In this document: positions 1 to 8,131 of the stretch, one piece after another
Layout of the letters: the number at the start of each line of letters is the position of its first letter
How positions within the stretch are numbered: the stretch's first letter is position 1
Assembly (NCBI GenBank): GCA_035456145.1
Contig: DATIDU010000340.1
Location: forward strand, 1-45,958
Source of the DNA: Gaiellales bacterium
Lineage (GTDB): Bacteria > Actinomycetota > Thermoleophilia > Gaiellales > JAICJC01
Length of the DNA stretch: 45,958 nucleotides
Reading direction: 5' to 3'
Program-made: the position numbers and the translations under genes
Notes under the pieces: model-generated
The model's input: only the letters and a program-made list of their open reading frames with translations
The model's database searches: none
What the model was told of the DNA's origin: nothing

Positions 1-226
1 CGAAGTAGCGCGGCCCCGGCGTGCACACGAGGCCCGGCGCCGCTCCGGCGACGAGCTCGTCGACGACCTGGGCCAGCGACGCCGGTCCGTCGGGCAGGTC
101 GGAATCGATCGCGGCGGCAACGTCCTCGCGGGTTGCCGCGGCACCGACGCGGGCGTCCGGCGCCGCGCGTCGGTACTCCGCGATCAGGTCGGCGGCACGG
201 TGAAGGGCGGTCTGGAGGTCGTCCAC
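1..226 (-). CDS. PLP-dependent (group II) amino-acid decarboxylase family, N-terminal part only (gene runs off the left edge)
   Basis: The minus-strand frame is open to position 1. It reads VDDLQTALHRAADLIAEYRRAAPDARVGAAATREDVAAAIDSDLPDGPASLAQVVDELVAGAAPGLVCTPGPRYF, a layout typical of group II decarboxylase N-termini (ends in P-x-x-F). GTG at 226 is the only start codon before the divergent cupin gene; the RBS is weak. Confidence 0.45.
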   Translation of the reverse strand, partial: MDDLQTALHRAADLIAEYRRAAPDARVGAAATREDVAAAIDSDLPDGPASLAQVVDELVAGAAPGLVCTPGPRYF

Positions 227-319
227 GCGGCGATGGTAGATGGTTGATTCCTCACCTGTCGATTTCGGCCGCCGCCGTTCGTCCTTGGGGTAATCGCACG
301 CCCCCGACCAGGAGGAACC

Positions 320-706
320 ATGTCCGACGTCACCATCAAGCGGATCGACGAGTTCGACACGCCGAACGGCGGCGGCTTCTGCCGCGCCCGCGCCACGCTC
401 GGGGTGACCGCGTTCGGGATGCAGGTGGAGAACTTTCCGCCGCACTTCGAGCATCACCACCCCGAGCACGACCACGCCGACGACGGCCAGGAGGAGGTCT
501 ACACCGCCCTCTCCGGCACGGCGACGCTGCACGTCGGCGGCCGCGAGTACCGGCTGGAGCCGGGAGTGTTCGCCCGGATCGGCGCCGGCGAACGCCGTAA
601 GGTGACGACCGGCGACGAGCCCGTGCAGCTGCTCGCCATCGGCGGAACGCCCGGAGCGGCCTACCAGGCACCGCCGTTCACGGAGGTCGGCGCCCCACTC
701 GGATAG
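320..706 (+). CDS. cupin domain protein (128 aa)
   Basis: AGGAGG lies about 5 nt upstream of ATG 320. The product has a His/Glu-rich cupin metal motif region (HFEHHHPEHDHADDGQEEVYTALSGTATLHVGG) followed by beta-strand-like GREYRLEPGVFARI. GC3 is high. Confidence 0.8.
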   Translation: MSDVTIKRIDEFDTPNGGGFCRARATLGVTAFGMQVENFPPHFEHHHPEHDHADDGQEEVYTALSGTATLHVGGREYRLEPGVFARIGAGERRKVTTGDEPVQLLAIGGTPGAAYQAPPFTEVGAPLG

Positions 707-715
707 CCGGGTGGT

Positions 716-844
716 GGGGACAGTCCCTGAACTCTTCGTGGGACACATCGATGACGCCGCCGGCACGATTGCCGCCCGGGCGCGCCGCGAGAGGTCGCGG
801 ATGCGATGCGACGGGGTCACGACGAGCGTTCAGGGACTGTCCCC
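716..844. repeat. 129-nt long imperfect hairpin directly after the cupin stop codon
   Basis: There is a perfect 17-bp inverted repeat: ggggacagtccctgaac (716-732) against gttcagggactgtcccc (828-844). The stem extends imperfectly inward (ctcttcgtgggac / gtcacgacgagc). The element is flanked by two diverged copies of the cupin 3' coding end. Confidence 0.7.
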
Positions 845-977
845 GGTTGAACCGCCGCCCTTCACCGAGCTTGGTGCGTCGCTGCCCGGGTAGTACTCTC
901 TCCGTAGTTACCCGAAGTCGCGGAGGGGGCCTCTCCCCGATGTCGGGAGGGTCCCCCCGTGGCATTGATGCGCGGAG

Positions 978-2612
978 ATGGATCGAGAGCGCCAAGACCT
1001 CACACGCGTTCCCGACCTGGCGGCGGCGGTTTCAACGGCCGGTCCACGCCGGGAGGAGCGCCCTGTCTACGTCGACCTGCTGCCGCCGTGTAACGTGGCC
1101 TGCCCGGCGGGGGAGAACATCCAGGCGTGGCTCGCCCACGTCGAGGCGGGCCGGTTCGAGGACGCCTGGCGCACGATCGTCGCCGACAACCCGCTCGCGG
1201 CGATCCACGGGCGCGTCTGCTACCACCCGTGCGAGGACTCCTGCAACCGCGCCCAGCTCGACAGCACGGTCTCGATCCACTCGGTCGAGCGGTTCCTGGG
1301 CGACATGGCGATCGAGCAGGGCTGGGCGTTCGACCCGCCGGCCGAGACGACCGGCAAGCGCGTCCTCATCATCGGCGCCGGGCCGAGCGGGCTCTGCGCC
1401 GCGTACCACCTGGCCCGCCGAGGCCACTCCGTCGAGATCCGCGACCTCGGCTCCGAGGCCGGCGGCATGCTGCGGTTCGGCATCCCCGCTTACCGCCTGC
1501 CCCCCGAGGTGCTGGCCGCGGAGGTGCGCCGCATCGAGGACCTCGGCGTCCGGATCGTTCTGAACCACCGGGTCGAGGACGTCGTTGCCGAGCAGGAGGA
1601 GGGCGGGTTCGACGCCGTGTTCGCAGCTGTCGGCGCGCACCTCGCCAAGCGGGTCGACATCCCCGCCCAGGACGCCGGCCCGATCATCGACGCGGTCGCC
1701 CTTCTTCGCAGCGTGGCCGAGGGCGAGCGGCCCCAGATCGGCCGCCGGGTCGCCGTCTACGGCGGCGGCAACACCGCGATGGACGCCGCCCGCGTCGCGA
1801 AGCGGCTGGGCGCCGAGGAGGCCATGATCGTCTACCGGCGCACCCGCGCGCAGATGCCCGCCCACGAGGAGGAGGCCGAGGACGCCGAGAAGGAGGGCGT
1901 GCGCATCAACTGGCTGCGCACCATCACCGCCTTCGACGGCCCGGAACTTCAGATCGAAGTGATGGAGCTCGACGACGACGGCCGCCCGCAGCCGACCGGG
2001 CGCTACGAGACGCTGGCCGCCGACGCGGTCGTCCTGGCGCTCGGACAGGAGGCCGACACCGAGTTCCTGCGCCGCGTACCGGACGTGGAGGTCGCGCGCG
2101 ACGGCGTCGTCTCGGTATCGCCGGCGCTCATGACCGACCGGCCGGGGCTCTTCGCCGGCGGCGACATGGTCCCCGGCGTCCGCAGCGTCACCGTGGCCGC
2201 GGGCCACGGGAAGGCCGCGGCCCGGCACATCGACGCCTACCTGCGCCTGGCGTCCTACGAGGCGCCCGAGAAACACGAGACGGCGACGTTCGAGAAGCTC
2301 CACGTCTGGTACTTCGCCGACGCGCCGAAGCGGACGCATCCCGAGCAGCCGCTCGAGGAGCGGACGGCCACGTTCGACGAGGTCGTCGGCGGGCTCGACC
2401 GGTCGGCGGCGGTCTTCGAGGCCAAGCGCTGCCTCTCGTGCGGCAACTGCTTCGAGTGCGACGGCTGCCTTGGCGCATGCCCGGAGGACGCCGTCATCAA
2501 GCTCGGCGAGGGCAACCGCTACCGGTTCGACTACGACCGCTGCACGGGCTGCCGGGCCTGCTTTGACCAGTGCCCCGTCCACGCCATCGACATGGTCAGG
2601 GACGTGCTGTGA
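978..2612 (+). CDS. GltD/PreT-like NAD(P)H-dependent Fe-S flavoprotein with extra C-terminal 2x[4Fe-4S] ferredoxin domain (544 aa)
   Basis: N-terminal Cys cluster is CNVACPAGENIQ...CYHPCEDSCNR. Two dinucleotide-binding motifs are present (VLIIGAGPSGLCAAYHL and VAVYGGGNTAMDAAR). GLFAGGD is also present. The C-terminal end carries CLSCGNCFECDGCLGACP and CTGCRACFDQCP. Confidence 0.85.
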   Translation: MDRERQDLTRVPDLAAAVSTAGPRREERPVYVDLLPPCNVACPAGENIQAWLAHVEAGRFEDAWRTIVADNPLAAIHGRVCYHPCEDSCNRAQLDSTVSIHSVERFLGDMAIEQGWAFDPPAETTGKRVLIIGAGPSGLCAAYHLARRGHSVEIRDLGSEAGGMLRFGIPAYRLPPEVLAAEVRRIEDLGVRIVLNHRVEDVVAEQEEGGFDAVFAAVGAHLAKRVDIPAQDAGPIIDAVALLRSVAEGERPQIGRRVAVYGGGNTAMDAARVAKRLGAEEAMIVYRRTRAQMPAHEEEAEDAEKEGVRINWLRTITAFDGPELQIEVMELDDDGRPQPTGRYETLAADAVVLALGQEADTEFLRRVPDVEVARDGVVSVSPALMTDRPGLFAGGDMVPGVRSVTVAAGHGKAAARHIDAYLRLASYEAPEKHETATFEKLHVWYFADAPKRTHPEQPLEERTATFDEVVGGLDRSAAVFEAKRCLSCGNCFECDGCLGACPEDAVIKLGEGNRYRFDYDRCTGCRACFDQCPVHAIDMVRDVL

Positions 2613-2620
2613 GGGTCGTC

Positions 2621-5600
2621 ATGGACGGCAACGAGGCCGCCGCCTCGGTTGCCTACCGCTTAAACGAGATCTGCTGCATCTATCCGATCACGCCGTCCTC
2701 GCCGATGGCGGAGCTGGCCGACCAGTGGTCGAGCGAGCGGCGGCCGAACGTGTGGGGCACCGTCCCGACGGTGGTCGAGATGCAGAGCGAGGGCGGCGCC
2801 GCCGGTGCGCTGCACGGCTCGCTTCAGGCGGGCGCGCTCGCCACGACGTTCACGGCGTCGCAGGGCCTGCTCCTCATGCTCCCCAACATGTTCAAGATCG
2901 CCGGCGAGCTGACCCCGACCGTCTTCCACGTCGCCGCCCGATCGCTCGCGGCCCAGGGGCTCTCGATCTTCGGCGACCACTCCGACGTGATGGCCGCCCG
3001 CGGTACGGGCTTTGCGCTCCTGGCGTCCGACTCGGTGCAGGAGGCCCACGACCTGGCGCTCGTCGCCCAGGCCGCCACGCTGCGGTCGCGGATCCCGTTC
3101 ATCCACTTCTTCGACGGGTTCCGCACGTCGCACGAGCTGAACACCATCGATTCGCTCGCCGACAACGACCTGCGCGCGCTCGTTCCCGAGGAGCTCGTGC
3201 ACGACCATCGCGGCCGCGCCCTCTCGCCCGACCGCCCCTTCATCCGCGGCACCGCCCAGAACCCCGACACGTACTTCCAGGGCCGCGAGACAGTGAACCC
3301 GTACTACGCGGCGACGCCCGGCATCGTCCAGGAGGCGATGGACGCGCTCGCCGGGCGGGTGGGACGAAGCTACGGCCTCGTCTCCTATCACGGCCACCCG
3401 GAGGCCGAGCGGGTGCTCGTCCTGGCCGGATCGGGCGCCGTCACGGCCCGGCGCACCGTCGAGCGCCTCGTCGCCGGCGGCGAGCGCGTGGGTGCGCTCC
3501 AGGTGCGGCTCATCCGCCCGTTCCCGGCCGCCGAGCTGCTCGCGGCCCTTCCGCCGACGGTCCGCCGGGTCGCCGTGCTCGACCGCACAAAGGAGCCGGG
3601 CTCCGAAGGCGAGCCGCTCTTCCTCGACGTCGTCTCGGCGCTCGGCGAAGCGCATACGAGCGGCGAGCGCGACCTTCCGCTCGTGACCGGCGGCCGCTAC
3701 GGGCTCTCCTCGAAGGAGTTCACGCCGGCGATGGTCGCGGGCGTGCTGGAGGAGCTCGGCGGGGAGCGTCCCCGGCGGCGGTTCACCGTTGGCATCACCG
3801 ACGACGTGGGCGGCACGAGCATCGCGGTGGGCCCGGAGCTCGACATCGAGCCGGCCGGCACGGTGCGCGCCGTCTTCTTCGGGCTCGGCTCCGACGGCAC
3901 GGTCGGTGCCAACAAGAACACGATCAAGATCCTCGGCGACGCCGGCCTCTGCGCCCAGGGCTACTTCGTGTACGACTCGAAGAAGTCCGGTTCCCAGACC
4001 GTCTCGCACCTGCGCTTCGGCGAGCAGCCGATCGAGGCGCCGTACCTGGTGAGCGGCGCGAGCTTCGTCGGCTGCCACCAGTTCGGCCTCCTCCAGGCCA
4101 TCGACGTGCTCGGCCGGGCGGCCGAGGGGGCGACGCTCCTCATCGACTGCCCGGAGCCGCCCGACGACGTCTGGAACGTGCTTCCCCTCTCGGTGCAGAA
4201 GCAGGTGCTCACCAAGCGGATCCGGATTTACGCGATCGACGCCAGCCGCGTCGCCCGCGAGGCGGGCCTCCCGGGCCGCACCAACACGGTGCTCCAGACC
4301 TGCTTCTTCGCCCTCTCCGGCGTCCTGCCGCGCGACGACGCGATCGCGCGCATCAAGGAGGCGATCGAGCACACGTACTCTCGCCGGGGTCAGGAGGTCG
4401 TCGAGCGCAACAACGCCGCGGTCGACAGCGCGCTCGCGGCCCTCCACGAGGTTCCGGTGCCGGCCCGCGTCACCGCCGAGCATGACATCCGCCCGCCGGT
4501 GCCCGACTCGGCCCCCGAGTTCGTGCGCCTCGTGACCGGCGAGATGCTGGCCGGGCGCGGCGATGAGCTGCCGGTGAGCGCCCTTCCGGTCGACGGCACC
4601 TATCCCAGCGGCACGACCGCCTACGAGAAGCGCAACATCTCCGAGTTCGTCGCCGTGTGGGATCCCGACACGTGCATCCAGTGCGGAAGCTGCAGCTTCG
4701 TCTGCCCGCACAGCGTGATCCGGTCGCGGTTCTACGATCCGGAGCGGCTCGAGGGCGCGCCGGACGGGTTCCCGTCGGCCCCGCTCGACGCCCGCGGCCT
4801 CCCGGACGCGCGGTTCACGCTCCAGGTCTACGTCGAGGACTGCACCGGCTGCGCCCTCTGCGTCGAGGTCTGTCCGGTGCACAAACCGGCCGTCCCCTCC
4901 CGCAAGGCCATCAACCTCGAGGAGCGCGAGCCGATCGTCGCCGCCGAGCGCGAGCGGATCGCGTTCTTCGAGACGCTGCCGGTGAACGACCGCGCCCGGC
5001 TGGACTACGCGAGCGTGCGCGGCGCGCAGTTCCTCCAGCCGCTCTTCGAGTTCTCGGGCGCGTGCGCGGGATGCGGCGAGACGCCGTACGTGAAGCTGCT
5101 CTCCCAGCTCTTCGGCGAGCGGCTGATGGTGGCCAATGCGACCGGCTGCTCGTCGATCTACGGCGGCAACCTCCCGACGACGCCCTGGACGCAGAACGGT
5201 GACGGCCGCGGCCCGGCGTGGTCGAACTCGCTCTTCGAGGACAACGCCGAGTTCGGCCTCGGCTTCCGCCTCACCGCGGACGCGCATGTCCGCCTCGCCC
5301 GCGAGCGCGTGGGCGGGCTCCGCGCCGACCTGAACGGCGACGGGCTCGTCGACGAGGTGCTCGACGCCCCACAGGTGACCGACACCGACCTTCAGGTCCA
5401 GCGGACCCGCGTCGAGGAGCTGAAGCAGCGCCTCGGCGGGCTCACAGGACCGGCGGCCGACGACCTCCGGAGCGTCGTCGACCACCTCGTCCGCCGCAGC
5501 GTCTGGATCGTCGGCGGCGACGGCTGGGCCTACGACATCGGAAGCGGCGGGCTCGACCACGTCCTCGCCAGCGGCCTTGACATCAACGTGCTCGTGCTCG

Positions 5601-6178
5601 ACACCGAGGTCTACTCCAACACCGGCGGCCAGATGTCGAAGGCGACGCCGATCGGAGCCGTGGCGAAGTTCGCGACGGCGGGCAAGCACGTACCCAAGAA
5701 GGATCTGGCCCTCCAGGCCATCGCCTACGGGAGCGTCTACGTCGCCCGGGTGGCGATGGGCGCCGACCAGCACCAGACGCTGCGCGCGCTCCGCGAGGCT
5801 GAGGCGTACCCCGGTCCGTCGCTCGTCATCGCCTACAGCCACTGCATCGCCCACGGGATCGACATGCAGAAGGGGCTCGACCAGCAGCACCGTGCCGTCA
5901 CGAGCGGCTACTGGCCGCTCATGCGCTACGACCCCGTCGTCCGCGACCGCGGCGGAAACCCGTTCCTCCTGGACTCGCCGCGCCCGCGGATCCCACTCTC
6001 GGAGTACACGAAGAACGAGCTCCGGTTCCGCTCGCTCGCGCGCACGAACCCCGCCGAGGCGGAGCGCCTGGCCGCCGCCGCCCAGCTCGCGGTCAACCAG
6101 CGCTGGCAGGTCTACGAGGAGATGGCGACCCGGGGGCCGGAGCGGTTCCAGCCCGACACGAGGAGGGCGAGCGAGTGA
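2621..6178 (+). CDS. nifJ: pyruvate:ferredoxin (flavodoxin) oxidoreductase, single-polypeptide PFOR (about 1185 aa)
   Basis: N-terminus is MDGNEAAASVAYRLNEICCIYPITPSSPMAE. The internal ferredoxin domain has CIQCGSCSFVCP and CTGCALCVEVCP. GCGETPY is present, as is the TPP motif GGDGWAYDIGSGGLDH. ATG 2621 is preceded by GAGGG; the longer ORF-track start at 2570 overlaps the upstream gene and is Arg-rich. Confidence 0.95.
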   Translation: MDGNEAAASVAYRLNEICCIYPITPSSPMAELADQWSSERRPNVWGTVPTVVEMQSEGGAAGALHGSLQAGALATTFTASQGLLLMLPNMFKIAGELTPTVFHVAARSLAAQGLSIFGDHSDVMAARGTGFALLASDSVQEAHDLALVAQAATLRSRIPFIHFFDGFRTSHELNTIDSLADNDLRALVPEELVHDHRGRALSPDRPFIRGTAQNPDTYFQGRETVNPYYAATPGIVQEAMDALAGRVGRSYGLVSYHGHPEAERVLVLAGSGAVTARRTVERLVAGGERVGALQVRLIRPFPAAELLAALPPTVRRVAVLDRTKEPGSEGEPLFLDVVSALGEAHTSGERDLPLVTGGRYGLSSKEFTPAMVAGVLEELGGERPRRRFTVGITDDVGGTSIAVGPELDIEPAGTVRAVFFGLGSDGTVGANKNTIKILGDAGLCAQGYFVYDSKKSGSQTVSHLRFGEQPIEAPYLVSGASFVGCHQFGLLQAIDVLGRAAEGATLLIDCPEPPDDVWNVLPLSVQKQVLTKRIRIYAIDASRVAREAGLPGRTNTVLQTCFFALSGVLPRDDAIARIKEAIEHTYSRRGQEVVERNNAAVDSALAALHEVPVPARVTAEHDIRPPVPDSAPEFVRLVTGEMLAGRGDELPVSALPVDGTYPSGTTAYEKRNISEFVAVWDPDTCIQCGSCSFVCPHSVIRSRFYDPERLEGAPDGFPSAPLDARGLPDARFTLQVYVEDCTGCALCVEVCPVHKPAVPSRKAINLEEREPIVAAERERIAFFETLPVNDRARLDYASVRGAQFLQPLFEFSGACAGCGETPYVKLLSQLFGERLMVANATGCSSIYGGNLPTTPWTQNGDGRGPAWSNSLFEDNAEFGLGFRLTADAHVRLARERVGGLRADLNGDGLVDEVLDAPQVTDTDLQVQRTRVEELKQRLGGLTGPAADDLRSVVDHLVRRSVWIVGGDGWAYDIGSGGLDHVLASGLDINVLVLDTEVYSNTGGQMSKATPIGAVAKFATAGKHVPKKDLALQAIAYGSVYVARVAMGADQHQTLRALREAEAYPGPSLVIAYSHCIAHGIDMQKGLDQQHRAVTSGYWPLMRYDPVVRDRGGNPFLLDSPRPRIPLSEYTKNELRFRSLARTNPAEAERLAAAAQLAVNQRWQVYEEMATRGPERFQPDTRRASE

Positions 6179-7179
6179 ACCTGTCGACCGCGTACATGGG
6201 CCTCGAGCTGCGAAACCCGCTCGTCGCGTCGGCGTCACCGCTCTCGCAGACGGTCGATGGGATCCGCCGCCTCGAGGAGGGCGGTGTCGGGGCGGTTGTC
6301 CTCTTCTCGCTCTTCGAGGAGGAGCTCCGGCGGGAGGCCGAGCTCTTCTCCGTGCTCGGCACGGCCGGGACCGAGAGCTTCGCCGAGGCGCTCACGTACA
6401 TGCCGGAGCCCGCCGACGGCGTCGACTCCGCACGGCGCTATCTCAGCCTGATCGAGCGCGCGCGCGAGGCGGTCGACATCCCGCTCATCGGCAGCCTGAA
6501 CGGCGTCACGCCCACCGGGTGGACGCGCTATGCCCGCGCCATCGAGGAGGCCGGCGCGAGCGCGATCGAGCTCAACGTCTACGACGTGCCGGGGGATCCC
6601 AAGGTGACGGGAGCCGACGTGGAGTCGCGCCACCTGGATGTCGTCCGGCGGGTGCTCGACGCCGTCCAGATCCCGGTGGCGGTGAAGCTCAGCCCGTACT
6701 ACAGCTCGCTCGGCTCGATGGCGACGCGGCTCGCGGCTGCAGGCGTGGACGGGCTCGTTCTCTTCAACCGGTTCCTCCAACCCGAGATCGATCCCGACTC
6801 GCTCTCGGTCTCGGCCCGCATCGACCTCTCGACACCAGCCGACCAGCGGCTGCCGATGACGTGGATCGCAATCCTGCGCGGCCGGGTTGGCGCGTCGCTT
6901 GCGGCGTCCGGCGGTGTCGAGACCGGCGCGGATCTCGCTCGTTACCTGCTCGCGGGCGCCGACGTCGTGATGACCGCCTCCGCCCTTCTGCGCCACGGCC
7001 GCGACCATGCGGGCGTGCTCCTCAGCGAGCTCGTCGAGTGGATGGAGGCGAAGGAGTTCACCTCGCTCGACGACGCCCGCGGCCTCATGAGCGTCGAGCG
7101 CGAGCCGGACCCCGACACGCGCCGCCGCGCCGGCTACGTCGGCATGCTCGAGGCGGCGAAGCAGACGTTCACTTCCTAG
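6175..7179 (+). CDS. dihydroorotate dehydrogenase-like (class 1 DHOD/PreA-fold) TIM-barrel flavoprotein, non-canonical (334 aa)
   Basis: The GTG start overlaps the PFOR stop (GTGA). The N-terminus GLELRNPLVASASPL and the motifs IELNV, AVKLSPY, LVLFNR and ASGGV match the DHOD-family layout. The protein contains no Cys, and the catalytic-loop position reads ELNVYDVPG. Confidence 0.8.
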   Translation: MNLSTAYMGLELRNPLVASASPLSQTVDGIRRLEEGGVGAVVLFSLFEEELRREAELFSVLGTAGTESFAEALTYMPEPADGVDSARRYLSLIERAREAVDIPLIGSLNGVTPTGWTRYARAIEEAGASAIELNVYDVPGDPKVTGADVESRHLDVVRRVLDAVQIPVAVKLSPYYSSLGSMATRLAAAGVDGLVLFNRFLQPEIDPDSLSVSARIDLSTPADQRLPMTWIAILRGRVGASLAASGGVETGADLARYLLAGADVVMTASALLRHGRDHAGVLLSELVEWMEAKEFTSLDDARGLMSVEREPDPDTRRRAGYVGMLEAAKQTFTS

Positions 7180-7822
7180 CGGTGCCCACCATGCGCGCTG
7201 CGGCCCGCAGCCGGCGGCGGAGCTCCTCCCCGGCGTCTGGCCCGGCCGACGCCTGCTGCGAGGGGGGTGCCGAGATGACGCTCCACAGCAGGACGAGGGC
7301 CGTGGGATCGGCGCGGTCCGTCTCGATCCGGTCGGCGAGCCGGTTCACCAGCGGGAGCTCCTCGAGCAGCACTCGCCTCTCGGAGCGGGCCAGCGGCGGG
7401 AACCCGCTCGCCCGCACGTAGCCGAGCGACGGTCGCGTCCGCCCCTGCGCCAGCCGCAGCCGCCAGCGCAGCGACCTTGCCAGCCGCCGTCTCGAGCGCG
7501 GCCGGCCGACCCAGTCGCGCCGGCGCGCGACGGCCCGCTCGATCGGCGAGCGGCGGCCGCGGGGGACGTAGCCGCCGACGATGAGGTCGTCGGTCCACGA
7601 CGTCGCCTCCTCGTGCTTCGCCCACGCCAGCGCCGCGTCGAACGCCATCGCCAGGCTGCCGACGAGCAGGACTACGCCGACGAACGGCTCCGGTGCGTCC
7701 ATGCGCGACACGTGCCACGCGGCGCACGCCGTAAGGAAGGCGCAGAGCGCGACGAGCTGCCGCACGATGACACGCTCCGCGGCCAGGGCGTCGATCAGGT
7801 TTTGGGTGGGGTCGGACTGCAT
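7169..7822 (-). CDS. hypothetical membrane protein (217 aa)
   Basis: ATG start with strong GC3 bias. Two N-terminal hydrophobic helices are present (VRQLVALCAFLTACAAW, FVGVVLLVGSLAMAFDAALAW), followed by an Arg-rich soluble part. The 3' end overlaps the convergent DHOD-like gene by 11 nt. I recognise no family. Confidence 0.55.
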   Translation of the reverse strand: MQSDPTQNLIDALAAERVIVRQLVALCAFLTACAAWHVSRMDAPEPFVGVVLLVGSLAMAFDAALAWAKHEEATSWTDDLIVGGYVPRGRRSPIERAVARRRDWVGRPRSRRRLARSLRWRLRLAQGRTRPSLGYVRASGFPPLARSERRVLLEELPLVNRLADRIETDRADPTALVLLWSVISAPPSQQASAGPDAGEELRRRLRAAARMVGTARK

Positions 7823-7888
7823 GGCAGCTCGGAGTTAGAGTTCCCCGCCGGGCGCAGCGAATCACCACCAGGAGGGGGTGTCGGCGAG

Positions 7889-8083
7889 ATGAGTGACGGT
7901 CGTGTGGTCGCAGGCGCAGGCGGCTCGGCGGTCGGAGTCGCGGTTGACCCGCGCACGGCCCCGGCAACCGTGTCGGTGTGGATCGAAATGCCAGGGTCTC
8001 CGATCCAGGGGGCGAACCTCTCGCCCGAGGCCGCCCGCGAGCTCGCCGAGCGGCTGACGCGCGCCGCCGGCGACGCGGCGTAG
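7889..8083 (+). CDS. small hypothetical protein (64 aa)
   Basis: A strong RBS, CAGGAGGGGG, ends 8-9 nt upstream of ATG 7889. GC3 bias looks coding. No motif recognised. Confidence 0.45.
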   Translation: MSDGRVVAGAGGSAVGVAVDPRTAPATVSVWIEMPGSPIQGANLSPEAARELAERLTRAAGDAA

Positions 8084-8131
8084 GGCGCGCAGACCGCCGC
8101 GGGCGATGAGGCGGTACGGTTCGGGCTGCAC

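Noticed and set aside
1032-2582. 516-aa minus ORF and 479-aa plus ORF (1127..2566) overlapping the GltD-like gene
   Set aside because: Same reasoning. The composition is low-complexity Arg/Ala/Gly with no recognisable domains, and the 978..2612 frame has Rossmann and Fe-S motifs.
2660-6238. 1192-aa minus-strand ORF, plus the plus-strand ORFs 2470..4485 and 5577..7421 in alternative frames
   Set aside because: These are shadow ORFs opposite or overlapping the PFOR gene. Their products are Arg/Gly/Ala/Pro-rich with no motifs, while the 2621..6178 frame carries unmistakable PFOR, ferredoxin and TPP motifs. Long stop-free alternative frames are expected at this GC content.
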